Below are positions 31,401-44,389 of a stretch of 64,000 nucleotides of DNA, piece after piece. The notes beneath the pieces were generated by a model. That model was not told the DNA's origin and did no database searches. It saw nothing but the letters and a program-made list of their open reading frames with translations. The DNA is from Sporopachydermia quercuum (Eukaryota): positions 1 through 64,000 of the forward strand of contig BCGN01000009.1 of NCBI GenBank assembly GCA_001599295.1, read 5' to 3'. Each line of letters begins with the position of its first letter. Positions within the stretch are counted from its first letter, which is position 1. Both the position numbers and the translations under genes were made by a program.

Positions 31401-34400
31401 ATAAGAATTATCTAATCATACTTATATGCGAACTTTGTTCCACTAACGTTCTTTGATTGGGGATAAGATAAGTAAAACACTCATTAAATTGATTTTGAAA
31501 GTTTTACCACCGTTTTACATATTTAGTCTACTTTCAGATATAGATTCACTGAAGTATTGTTTTATTCTTTCTTAACGCCGTCGAAACAATTGATTGTTTA
31601 TAGCTATTCTAATCTTCAAAGCAATTAAACGTCAATCGCCGATAACTACCCAACAAGGACAAGTATGTTAATTGGTCCAAAGATAGACTCTGAGAAGAAA
31701 AGTTATTTTTGTTTGGTTCCATTGTATGGTTTATGCTCAATGATGTCTTTTTTCGATACTAGCTTTGGAAATCGTCTGAATTGAAAACTGGATAATGTTA
31801 AGCTAAACTCACTTTGATCAAAAGCCAACAAGTCAGTTTAAGAAAATAGATAAAATAAGAATTAAGAAGTTTTACATTATTTTAATGTGGTGAACGTATA
31901 AGAACCAACAATGCCTGCTTTTGAATAATGATTACATGAAGTTTGTAGCACTTGCTTACTTGCTAATGTCAGTTTTTCAAGTACAATAAGGTTTACTGAT
32001 CAAGTTTTGCCGGTAAAAGACTAAACGTTAACCTTATTTAATTTCGGTACCTGAATCATTTTGACATTTGTTACAGCTTTCTATTGTACGATCCTTCTTC
32101 TGACTAACATCTAACTAACATTGAAGAGTAAGATTTGAGATAAGAGCAATAAACAAAGATTTGAGATTTATTGAGTTTTTTGTTGTTTTCTTGTTATGTA
32201 GTCAACTCTTTCCGATTTTTGACATAGCACTGACTACATGGTCTCAATACCCATAAAAATTGATAGTTCGTAGTGAACAAAAGAAAGAAGAAAGAGCTTG
32301 AAATGGTTTCTTCCAAATTACCAAGGATTAAGCTAAACAAGTTGAAGCACGTAGAACACACTTTATAATTTGATTTTTAGTCGAAACAGAAAATATGAAA
32401 AAGGGTACCACAACTCAAATGTAGTATGCAGAGTATAGTAGAAATGTATGGGAACCGTTTGGAAATTCATAAACTTTCTGCAATCGGCTACTCTTGCTAC
32501 AATATCTACAATATATAATAATTAAGTAAGCATTGTAAATCTCACTGTTGTAAAAGGTGAAGGATCACCATGGACAATCAAAACATTTCTTGCAATAGAA
32601 AAATTGCCGGCCAGAGTTTTATTAAGGTATTTATGACAGGGTAAACTATTGTGAATCTCAATCTTCTTAATTATAGGAAATATTTGAAAAAGATTTTGAA
32701 GTGACATAACAAATGTTTTTGAGCATTTTATGTTCCCTGTGTTGAAATAGTCCAGATAACAACTTTGAAGAAAATGTATGTAGCTTCTGATTTCTTTCAG
32801 AATCAGCTTTCAGTTTTCGTTAGTATAGCTCTTACTTGTGCTGTCAAGGTTTATGATAGAGATAACCATCCCGAGATAATCATGCCCAGTCAAAATTTAT
32901 AGTTTAACAAGGAATATGATCATGAACATAGATAGCATCAACTCAAATTTCCTGGAAAATACAGTTTCAAGTTAGATGGTACCAAGGTAATCAGAGACGG
33001 TACTCCAGTTGCTTCAACTTCCAACAGATCATTTTCTATTTGAATTGAACTTCTAAACATAGTTTGATTGATAATGCATAAGAAGTAATTGACAGAAAGA
33101 GTATAGCAATTTTTTCTAATGTAATAGAGTTTTAAGTATCTCAAAACATCGTTCAGCTACAGATAAAGTATGTTAATCTAAAGAACCATGATGCCAAGTA
33201 ATGAGCATGCGTTATTTTCTGCCAGTGGTAAGTATTCAACAGATATAGACTCAAAGGTACAATTTGACGAGTTGAATATTACTTGGTTAAGTATCTTTTG
33301 CATTGAATTCCTATGATTAGTAAATGAGGTTGATGAGCAATTCTCATTTAAAGAATCTTTCAGGTTCATTGAATGGGAATAAACGTATTGATGTCATAAA
33401 CTTGAATTGCCCGATTAATTTCCTTATATAGTAATTTATTATTTCAAGGTATAGCGATGGGCATCATATCGAAGCATATATGGTCCATTTATTTTTGAAG
33501 AAATATATATCATCCACGTTTTAGCTATATTTTTTTAATGAGTCAGATCAACCACACTAAGTTGACAGCTTTATACATTAACAAAGGCAGCAATCCTTAT
33601 TCAAGGCTTTGAAATAGCTGTGATAATTCAAACTATTCGCCAAAGTTCGAGTAAACTCTACTGAGAAAAAGGATAAGTAAACCATTTCATGTTATCACAT
33701 TGTGAAAGCTACACTGTTCGTGCTTAAAGAATATGGTATGTTCATAGGTTTCGATAAATTATTTTCTTGTTATTAGTTTAGTACTCCAACCTCAACCAAG
33801 TATTCAAGCTTGTCAGTATGAACATCTCCAAGTTTTCAATTTATTATAATCATTGGTAAACCCCGACGTAAAACTTCCGAAACAAGAAGGAATGAAAGCA
33901 AGGTTCATGCATAAACTCCAATATTAGGTTAAAGTTAAGCAGTTCTGTTATCAAGATTCAATATCAAAACTTTATTCACAAACAAAATCAAAAGACAATA
34001 CTGCGGCAGATGTAGTTCTGATAACATTAAATTCTCGGGTCTACTACAGATTCAAATTGATGCCTATCTATTCTATTCTATATTTGACGATAAAGAAATA
34101 AGTTCCTTTCAAACTGCTTTTTGAAAAGTGGCAACGATAGCGGTGATCAATACTCTATCACTACATAGTAATTTCCTCCATCTTACTGAGAGCAATTTTA
34201 CACGGTCAGTTAGTGGAATAATAAGAAATAACGGTTTTCAAGCTAAAATGGTCAAATTGATCTAATAAAGTCTTGTTTGAATTCTAGGGTCTTGGCGTAT
34301 AGAACTATCAAGCTTAAGAAACTTGTAGTTTCATTTTGTGCTATGAATTGAGGTAGAGCGAAATAAGTATGTGGATCAAAGCTTTAGATGCTCCACTCTT

Positions 34401-34630
34401 TGTGTAAGTAAAACTATAACAAAACTGCTGTAGTTATGTTTTCACTGGGTAAGTCATGGTCTGGTACAGCCGTATAATCTATAGGTCTAAGAATACATAC
34501 ATGTTCCGAAATTTTGATTGAGGTAAAAAACAGATTAAATTATTCAGCCTCTCCTCGTACTAATTCTATAAAAAACTTAGTACTTACTATAATGTCATAA
34601 AGGGAAACGAATGTATCATTTCTTGATCAT

Positions 34631-35313
34631 GATAAGCGCTACAGTTTTTAACTCCAATGAATGTTTATCAAAACAAATAATCAAACACCTGTTGAAAGGA
34701 AAGAGTTACTCTGTGGAATATCAACTACTAATGTTAACACGAGTAGTAAGATTAGTTTCAAGATAACACTGTGATACTGTATATCTACCTATCTTATACC
34801 TTGTAATGATTATCAATCATTATACGCGAGATTTTAATAATTATATAAGGAAAAATCAGTAGCCATTTCATAATTGGCAGTATAACTTAGAGATCATCAT
34901 CTACTTGATCCTTGGTAGAAATGAAAACTGGTAATGTCTATGAAATATAGCAAACAAGATGGAAAAGGGATCATAGACGCTGATTCACTGTATTCCATTA
35001 CTAGACATATTCTTAAGTCAAATTTATGCTTACGGAGCTTTTAGCGAAATAACTGTATGCTTTTCACTAGATACAAGGATCGTGTTGATGTTGTTAGTAG
35101 GAATACATTACGCCTTTCCAGCAAGAAAATACCGATAAGATCAGAACAAGTAAGTTTTGCTATCTAGCTTTGGTGTTCGAACCTTAAATCTGGCTGTTAC
35201 GAAATTGGGTAGTTTTGATATGGAAAATCCCAAAATGTAATTAAAGTTAAACTTAGTTTCTTTAAAATTGGGTTTTCAATTCATGAAAAATAGACTTTTC
35301 TTCTCATCTTATC
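34631..35313. promoter_or_regulatory. Candidate GATA (nitrogen-regulation) sites upstream of the permease
   Basis: GATAAG at 34631 and 35134, CTTATC at 35308. The motif is short and also occurs by chance. Confidence 0.3.
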
Positions 35314-35625
35314 AAACAGATGAGCAACTTCTATTATCACGAACTGTTTAAATACAAGATGTTTGGTCATAAAAATGAGCAGGATAGTTGGTAAAAGATT
35401 TAGACTTGTGCAACTGACAACCAGTCCGAACTAAAGTAAAACAGTATATATACATATCAAGTCACTCGTGTTTAACAGTAGAGTAGTAGAGTGGTTCTCA
35501 CATTGGCATTATCTCTTAAACAGCCCAGCTCGGTAACGAAAGCTCGACTTACCAATTCAATAGTTGCTCAACTATTTTTTCAATAAATTAAGACCAATTA
35601 ACGACAGTTTTCATCAGTTTTCATT

Positions 35626-37200
35626 ATGTCACCGGAAGAAAAAGATGGCCACACAATCACAGTGGCCACAGACATTGAAATGTCTTCGGCTAGTAGTATT
35701 AAGGAGACTGAATTAGAGGAGCTAGATTTACATAAGGGAATGAAAGTTCAATTCAGTACCCTGTCATTGATTGGTCTTGGATTTGCCATTGCGGCATCAT
35801 GGGCTGGCTACTCTTCTTCCGTTCAAACATCTTTTCTTTACGGTGGAACAGCAGGTGTTATTTACACTTTTCCTATTGCTTCGTTCTTTATGGCTCTGAT
35901 ATCCTGCGGTATGGCCGAATTGTGTTCGGCATATCCTTCCACTGGGGGTCAATACCATTGGGTTTTCATGCTTTCTCCAGAAAAATATAAGATTTATTTT
36001 TCTTATTTAAGTGGTTGGACTTGTACTCTTTCTTGGTGGTTTGTTGGATGCTCAGTTTGTCAGATTCTTGCAAATTACATTTTATTTATGGCATCCTTGA
36101 ACAATCCAGACTTTGTACAAGAAACTTACCAGGTGTGGTTGATATATGTAGCCGTGTTTTGGGTTTCGGCTGGTGCTAATATTCTTCTCTCCAAGTGGTT
36201 AAGTCAAATGAATACTTTCTTTATGTTCGTTTCACTCTTTTCCATGATTATTACCTTTTGTACCATTCTTGGTACTCATAAGGCTGGTTTCCGGGATGCC
36301 AGATGGGTTTGGGCTACATATACAAATTCCACTGGCTGGCCATCGAACGGACTTACCTTTGTTCTAGCTGTTGGTAATGCCATTTTTTCTTTGCTTGGAG
36401 CTGATGGGGCTTCACATTTGGTTGATGAAGTGGATAATCCAGCCAAGATTATTCCAAAAGCTATTGTTATTCCTAGTGTCATTGGTTTTGTTACTGCTTG
36501 GCCATTCTGTATTGCATTTGTTTATATTATCAAAGATCTTGATTCAGTTCTAGCGGCTAGTTTTGCCATTGTTGAAATCTATTATGAAGCTACGGCAAGT
36601 GTCCCATTAACTACATTCTTAGTTTTCCTTAGTTATTTTGTCATGACCGGATGTCTTACCTGCAGTATGGAAGCTTCATCTAGAACTGCTTGGACACTTG
36701 CCTGTGATGGTGGAATGCCATTCAGAAAATTCTTTTCCAAAGTCGATCCTCATTTCAAGATTCCAGTAAATGTTATCTATTTACAAGGTGCCTTCGTCAG
36801 TCTCTATGGATTGATTATGCTTGGATCAGATGTTGCTTTTGTAGCAGCTACTTCAACCTTATCTCTTTTCCTTGTGTTTTCGTACATCTTCCCACAGATA
36901 ATCCTCTTATGCAGAGGCAGAAGTATCTTACCTGAACGGAGATTTGATTTAGGAAAATGGGGATATCCAATTAACATCCTCAGTGTCGCCTTTGGTTTAT
37001 TATACGTCGTCATGTTCTGCTTTCCATCATACAAAGACATCACCCCTCAAAACATGAATTGGGTGTCAGTTTGCGTTGTTGGACTTCTTTTGATCGTGTT
37101 GATACTCTGGTTCGGAGGCCTTAAGAAGACTTATGAAGGTCCTGGTGTTGATATTAAGAAGATGGATGCACTTAGAAGGTATGCATTGACTCACGATTGA
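35626..37200 (+). CDS. Amino acid/choline/GABA permease (APC superfamily, ACT family; HNM1/UGA4-like)
   Basis: Many hydrophobic segments, AELCSAYPSTGGQYHW, GADGASHLVDEVDNP, SRTAWTLACDGGMPF, NMNW. Confidence 0.9.
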   Translation: MSPEEKDGHTITVATDIEMSSASSIKETELEELDLHKGMKVQFSTLSLIGLGFAIAASWAGYSSSVQTSFLYGGTAGVIYTFPIASFFMALISCGMAELCSAYPSTGGQYHWVFMLSPEKYKIYFSYLSGWTCTLSWWFVGCSVCQILANYILFMASLNNPDFVQETYQVWLIYVAVFWVSAGANILLSKWLSQMNTFFMFVSLFSMIITFCTILGTHKAGFRDARWVWATYTNSTGWPSNGLTFVLAVGNAIFSLLGADGASHLVDEVDNPAKIIPKAIVIPSVIGFVTAWPFCIAFVYIIKDLDSVLAASFAIVEIYYEATASVPLTTFLVFLSYFVMTGCLTCSMEASSRTAWTLACDGGMPFRKFFSKVDPHFKIPVNVIYLQGAFVSLYGLIMLGSDVAFVAATSTLSLFLVFSYIFPQIILLCRGRSILPERRFDLGKWGYPINILSVAFGLLYVVMFCFPSYKDITPQNMNWVSVCVVGLLLIVLILWFGGLKKTYEGPGVDIKKMDALRRYALTHD

Positions 37201-37671
37201 GGAGCTGAAAACCCCAAAAAACTTTTCTCTTGAGTTATTTCTTTTGTAGATCTTTATTTACTTAGTTTTCTAATAGAGGTTCTGGTAACTGTCTAAAAGC
37301 ACTAGAACATTGTAATATGTAACATTGGGAATCAAATACCTAAAGTTGAGCCATCGGAAGGAAATTGAAATTCTTTTTTTATTCATTGGAATACTCTCTA
37401 CGCATCCCAAAAGTAAATTTAGAACTCAGTTCTCATTGAATTATAATGGTTGAACTTGAAATCACTAATCTATAGACAAAAATTGGAATTGAAATTCAAT
37501 TTTTGGTTCATTGACTGAAATCAAAACACTAGGGAATGGTCTTGTAGATGCTACTTCTTTCGCCATCCTTAACCTTAACATTATAAAAATGTACACCAAA
37601 AATAGTAACAACCCATTTTGTCGATTTGGCATATGCTTTACCATCATCCACAATCTTGGCGATTAAAGAAT

Positions 37672-38410
37672 TTACTCCATTTGATCTGATTTCAATATTA
37701 TATGAAGTAGATCCAATCTTGATGGATTGGGAACAAAGTCTTCAATAACATCGCCTTTCTTGAAGGTTTTACTATTAATATTGACATTGGCAATAAAATT
37801 ATTGTCCCATTCAGAATCAGTAGTCTTATCATTTTCATCAGTGACAATGCAGTGGTTGGTCTTGACATCAAAGGTAATGAACTTTTTAACATCTGTGCAA
37901 ACTTCTTCACCAAGTACCATGGGACTCTATATGTACCAGATCCGTGTGTAATCTTGAATGAGATGACAATAAGCCAAATGCCAACCAACGCTCATAAACG
38001 GAACCATCAGGTTTAACTTCAAATCCACCAATTCATGACACCAAAAACCGAATCCTGACAATGTCTCNAATAAACCATCTCTTAAAGACTTAGCCAATAC
38101 TTCAAATGTTGATTCGCAGTCTCCTTCCCAATGAACAGGGAATTGTTGTGAAGAAACTGTGGCAGACTTAGCAAACAAACATGTTGATTGTGCATCAAAC
38201 ACTACCTTGTTGTAAAGATAAGGGTAGTAGTTATGTAATCGTTTAGGATCTTCTCCTGAATAGAAAACAATATTATCGCTGCAGGAATTCCTCGCCAAAT
38301 CAGTCTTGAAGCAATCTACGCCATAAGAAATCAGCTTCGCCAAGTAAGATTACCTTCCATTTACACGTTTTAGGATTAGCAAAATCAACAACGCCCCATA
38401 CCACACCAGC
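37672..38410 (-). pseudogene. GH31 alpha-xylosidase (YicI-like) pseudogene fragment
   Basis: Collinear motifs VVDFANP, GVDCFKTD (KTDFGE broken by a 1-nt deletion), DPKRLHNYYPYLYN, QQFPVHWEGDCES, LSGFGFWCH, HGSGTYRVPW. Frameshifts, N-terminal half absent, apparent internal deletion. Confidence 0.88.
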
Positions 38411-38839
38411 TTATCTAAATAATCTCCTGAAGTAGACTCGTAGCTGTCGTTGCTGAACTTACTTTTGCTGGTCAATAATTTGATACTACTCTTTTAACCA
38501 TCAATTTTAGCACTAGAATTACCACAACTGTCATGATCCATACTATTTATGGAAGAGTTGAATAACCAACCTTCTCACCAACAGCTTTATGATCATTTTG
38601 CCTCGAGTTATTGAAGAAGAACAAGGTATCAATTTATTATCAAAGTTAGCGTCTGTATTTGTTTCCAAGGTGACATCATAAGTTTCTTCAATGAGATGAA
38701 CTGATACTTGCTTTTATTTTGACTTTATTTTTTATTATTATTCTTGTCAGTACCGACACTATTTTCTATATCAGGAGACGATAGTGATGAGTATATGTTT
38801 TCTGAAACTGCTCTATATATTCCTGATGATATCTTAAAT

Positions 38840-41170
38840 TATTTTCAACAAATGTTTTAAGTCTATCAAATAACTCCACCAGAAAGCCATCCGGGCGTTC
38901 CTACTCATCCTGAGGATTTGCTCTTTATTGAGTAAAGCACTGTTGAACATAATACGCATCATTTTGAATACTTTAATAATGCACATTCCAAGGGAAAGAA
39001 ATTCTTTAGCAGTAACAATTACGTCGGGGTTTGAATCACTGTCTAAATCTGGATGGTCAAATTTACCAGCCTCCTTTTCAATATTCATCTTTCATTTTCA
39101 GCAGAAATGTAACCCCTTAGCAGCGTAATATTGGAATTGACAATTTCCAGTATCTTGTCAATTAGATCAAAGCCATCGATTTAAAGCAATCAACGCTAAA
39201 TTTCGAGACAGCATTGAAAAAGCATTGAGTATCACCTTTGGATACTTGAATGAAAAATAATATGAGGTACTTGTTCAGATAGTCTTAGAAGCACTATCCA
39301 GCTTATAGTTTGTTGAAGGAATTGTGGTTTTCACTATACTAGTTACTAGTTGTGCAAGCCAAACTCATTATATCTATATCAGCCATTCGTTTTGTATGAA
39401 TAGTGAGACTATTAACAGATGCTAAATACCATACTAGTGAACGTAAGCAATGATTAGTAACGAATATATCAACCTTCTGAGAAGAGGACAGTTTACTAGA
39501 CAAAAACAATTGACTACAGAATCTCGATTGGATTTGAACTATCTAATCTTTGTTCTCATTAGAAGTGAAAAAAGGATATTTTGACCGAGATCAAGTATAA
39601 ATATGAGTGCGAAGGTACCTTCTAAAATTTCCTATAGTTGAGAGACCTGAATATTCAGATAATTCAAATGCAGTAGTGTATCCTGTTCCATCTTAATATC
39701 TTTTTTCTTTTTCTTTCTTTCTTTCTTTCTTTCTTTCAATGTGTTCACACCGACGTTATAATTCATTGAAGGGCTTACTTGTGCCCAAGAATCAAAAAAA
39801 GATTTGACTGGTATTGAAAATACAATAACCAGTTTCAAGAATCTTTTTAATAATTCGGGAAAATCATCATTCTTTAAATCTAAGGGAAGGAACATGTATA
39901 GTTTGTAATATTGCTGGTAGTTCATTTTTTAAGCAAATATACCTTTCTAAGATAAATATCATACAACATCTTCTTACAAAATACTCAGGCAGGTGTCATA
40001 AGAGTCGTTGAACACGAAGAAGAAGATCCATTATGTGAGTCTGAATTACTAGTCCCAGATTTGATCCCTGAAGTTGAGGATTCATTTCTTGCGTTCAAGT
40101 CTGCACCGCTGCCTATGTCAATAACAGATTCAAAAACACTGTTCGTGTTCATATCTTTACTCGAATTCCTAGCATCATTCCTCGTATTTGGACCATTACT
40201 ACTACCTGCAACTGTGACAACAGCCCAGTTTCATAGCTGCTCTATGTAATTCTCTTCTACTTAATACGAACAAGGGATTTATAGAGATTGCCTCTCGAGC
40301 ATGAAGTACAGCTTTCTTCAAACGTCCTTCCAGGTTAATATAGTAACCTCCTAGAATTAAGCAGTTAGCAAGCTTATTAACATCATTTACATAATAAACC
40401 TTACCCAATTCTATTTCTTCTGAGGCTCTTATTTTCATTATCTCTTAAATATACAAACCGCATCATTTCAAATTCTCTACTTGAAAATTAGAAAAGTCTG
40501 TATTACTTTGTAAGCTTTTTGGGTGAGAAGATATTGAAGTAGAAATGGCACAACCAAGCCCAATTTCTATATTTGTTAGTGCTTGATTTGCTTCTTGTAA
40601 GTTTTCAAACGCATGTTTTAGTCCATTGATGGGACCACCGGCAACTAGTGGGAATATCTAGTAGGATACCTTTTGATACACTGATGGGTTGAGTAATGAA
40701 TGATTGATAGGGATTAAGTGCGGGATGACTCTCAATTCAGAGATAATGAGGCAGGAACCTGGGGAGGTGTTGTAGAGCCCATAGGGAGAACCTTAGTGGA
40801 TCCTGTATCAGAATTTGATCTTTGAGGATGAAAAGAATACTGCTCTGCTGTCAAAATCCACTTGATATACCACAATGTGCTTGAAAATTGAGTCCCCCGT
40901 ACTAACTCCGGCGTTAGATATTCGACACTCTACACCAGTACCAGAGATAGTAGCATTTGAAGCAGATTCTGTCTTAACCGCTGATTTTTCAACCCTCTTA
41001 ACCATCTAAAGTTCCTTTACGAATACCCTTTGCACCAGCTTTCTTCAGTTTCTATATACAGAGAGCAATCAAGATCATGATCAGTACAATATTTACAAGG
41101 TCGTTTTTCCTGACATATTGTTATACTCAATGCGGATACATCACAAGCCGGTGTATCTTTGGTTTGGTGA
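38840..41170 (-). pseudogene. Mal63/Suc1-like Zn(II)2Cys6 transcription factor pseudogene
   Basis: Degenerate cluster ACDVSALSITICQEKRPCKYCTDHDLDC (41148-41065), then in order KLKKAGAKGIRKGTL, AREAISI, YLRKVYLL, FLKLVIVFSIPVKSFFD, QKVDIFVTNHCLRSLVW, DKILEIVNS, LIDLKH. This matches the motif order I recall for MAL activators. Many stops and frameshifts. Confidence 0.75.
39701..39737. repeat. (TTTC)n microsatellite inside the TF pseudogene
   Basis: Tandem TTTC units read directly. Confidence 0.8.
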
Positions 41171-44100
41171 AAATTTGATGAAGTGGAGTATTCCGCTAAT
41201 TCTTAGATGTTATCTAGCTATTCATGTTGTAGATAAGTAAACATGTAATGAGAATATGCCTTGAACGGTGGTTCTGTTATGGTATATGTAGTAAGTGCAA
41301 TTATTGTAGAGTGCTATGTGATTGAGAACACCGACAGTGCTAAGAATTTATTGAAACTAATGGTCACAGTATTTGAAACACTAAATATGAAATACGACCC
41401 ATCCTATCCATTCCATTCGAATATAATCGACAATTATAACGATAACTTACGGTATGTGAAAGTTGAAATCATACTTCATTCATAAGATCTGGAGTGCTAT
41501 GATATTTCCTGAGCAGTTTCTGTAAGATGAATAAAAATATGTATAGAACAAATAATTACAACAACAACAACAAAAATAGAGCACCCAGAATGAAACACCA
41601 TTGTTTTGATTTTTTAACCTACATAGCAGTTTATCTAGCAGTTTGATCAAATATTTCAAATCGTCATGACAAACTACCTGCCCAGGAGAATTACAGTGGA
41701 AGGGATACTCTAAAAAAAAGGGGAAAGTTCTTGGAAATTTGACCAATTGTTCTGGGAGAATACAGTCCATTGATATGAACTGGGTTATCTAATACTAGAA
41801 TTATTTTATGCGGGTATTTGTCATGCAGTATTGATGCAGGTACATTTATTTTTGATTATCTCTATCATACTCATAGGAAACAAAGTTATTAGAGCTTCCT
41901 GTAAATTACTCTCAAATTATCCTCAACACAGCTTTTATTCTTTCATAATACTATTAATTTCATAAGTCAGCGTTCCCAGAGGTTCTTGATACTTAGATTC
42001 AAATGTAATCATGTTTGCACGTAATATGCAGAAAGGCATTCGAACCTTATTGCTCGCAGGAGGTTGAAAGGAGGTGCTGCATGCTTTTACATATTAGCAT
42101 TAATTAAGCATATAAAGGCCTAGAGAAATCACTACCGAAAATAGCTTTGAATACTGCCATTGGATTAGGGATAAAATATTGAGGAAAGCAACGCAGTTAT
42201 GAGTTAGATGTATAGCAACAGTTTATAACTTGAAGGAAACACATAAATCTCAACTGCTCTCCTAATTAGTATTCACATGTTGCGAAATGTTGAAACGCAG
42301 TTACCAGTATTATTGCAAGGTTTGAAAAATATGTAGACTGATTTCTCTAACCAGTATTAGCTTATACAATATCTTCTCGTTTAATCTGTTACCACTGCTC
42401 TTTTCTTGTTCTCAATATATCCAAATGCTCATCTTTTATCTTATCTTTCTTTAATTCACCTTCCTGTTCTTTCATCTGTCAGAAGTCTGTACATATATTA
42501 TGCATCTGCCCCAAGTCATCATTGAACATCTCGTAAATTACTTACTCTGTTTAGAGTAAGACGAAACATTTACTTCACATTGATACATACACATGATCAA
42601 CAGACTCAGTGATGTGTTTTGCAAAGCCTGAGACATTTTGCTTTCTTTATAGTTTCACCAAACGTGGTCTGAGCCCTTGCATAATCCCTTGTATATTATC
42701 CTTATACATTGCTAATGGGATTCGAAATGCTTAACGTTATAATTAAGTTTCTATTGTGATTTATGTGATTTACAATATAACTAACTATTGAAAGTTGGAT
42801 ATAACAGTAAAGTACCTATTTTTCATTCACAGGAGAGCATAATTTCATTGGTAATTTCACAACAAAAGGTCATTCAGACTTAGCGANAGGAAAACCAAAC
42901 TCCAGCCAGTTGCTTGAACATCAGATGTATGATAAGAGACAAGGTAGACAAAAGAAAATATCAACCTCATGACAAAAAAATAGGCACCCAATATAAGTTC
43001 GTTTGCGAGGCTCATACCCACTTAGAATAGTAACTTCTTTTGAATTTTGAACAACTTGTGAGGAACTTTTAATGTATTCAATAAAAATGTAAAAATCAAA
43101 GACTAAATAAATATTCCATCACTCATGGCATTCGGACCCCCGATTCAAATTTAATTAGGATTGAAATTATGTTTTGCAAAAAGTTTGTAGAAGNGTATTA
43201 ATAATTTTTGCAGTGTCATAAACATGGCACGGTCTCACTACACCTAAAAGTGATATATCCATATTTGACGAATCTTTCATACACCTTTTTGAAGTAGAAT
43301 AATGATCGTTAAATCCTTAAAAGAAATGAAAGCAGAGATGAGAATGTATAGGAAACAGTGGATTTATTTTCAGGGACCAAATACTAGAAACTTTCGACCA
43401 GTCAAATTAAGTTAAGCTTTCAAAAAATACTCTCAACCTTAAATAGTTAATAGCAAAAACGAATAAAGTTTAAACCTTATGATTTTATACGTTGCTAATA
43501 CGATTAACTATTTGATTTGATTGCAATCAAATATATTGAAAACACCTAACCGATTATTCATCGGCACNCACAAAATTTTAACGAAAAAAGACAATAAAAT
43601 GAATATTCTACTACTGGGGATAACTTCATTTCAGATAGTCTTAACTTTTGTACCTCTTATATATGAAATAATGGAGAGTATGTTGATTAGGTTAGCCTTA
43701 AAACAAATATTTTTGTATAAAAGTAGGGTAAGCCACGTTCTGATACAATTAAACTCGGATCTCCTGTTCTTATTATTGTTTCAGTGTCGAATTGGGAAAT
43801 GGAACAGGAGAGTGAGACTTATCGTTAATTCGATTTTATTTAGTCTATTCAATTGCCAGCTAAAATAATTACTCTTTCGTACGTTCAAAGCCCGTATTAA
43901 ACCTTATATTTTTCCCAGGTTTTTACGACCTATCTTCCAATACCTTCACTATAAAAGTGGAAACGTTGATCCAAATAATAATGAGAAGCTGAGTGTAATC
44001 AGATTCAAATTATGAAAATTAATCTCAGATTTTTTTCATTTTTCGTGGGAGTTGCATGAGTAAAACTCAGTTGAGGTATTAAAACGAGTGGTGGCTCTCC

Positions 44101-44389
44101 TTTCCTGAACTAATAAAGTTAGCTTTGTAATTTAAATTTCTTGTCTTTTAGACCAGAACTAGCTAAACTCCAAACTTTAACTACCACTGATACATGGAGT
44201 GAAATTACAAATAAAGTGTTTTATCCTATCAATATCGATCTTCCCATAATGTACAACGTGTTACTTCTATCTGTATTGCCATTTGTTATATACTATCTCC
44301 AAGAATCTTTCCNTTTACACTTACTTCCCAATTATTATTGTATCCAAATAAAGGGTTAAACAATTATCTGTGGGAACGAAATAATTATA

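Noticed and set aside
38840..41100. Initial readings as a DOCK/SH3 pseudogene or a gag knuckle (CCHSCR)
   Set aside because: A Zn2Cys6 cluster and several collinear MAL-activator motifs explain the region much better.
42020..42085. tRNA-like T-loop GGTTCGAAT on the - strand
   Set aside because: No D-arm or anticodon arm; the possible fold is too short for a tRNA.
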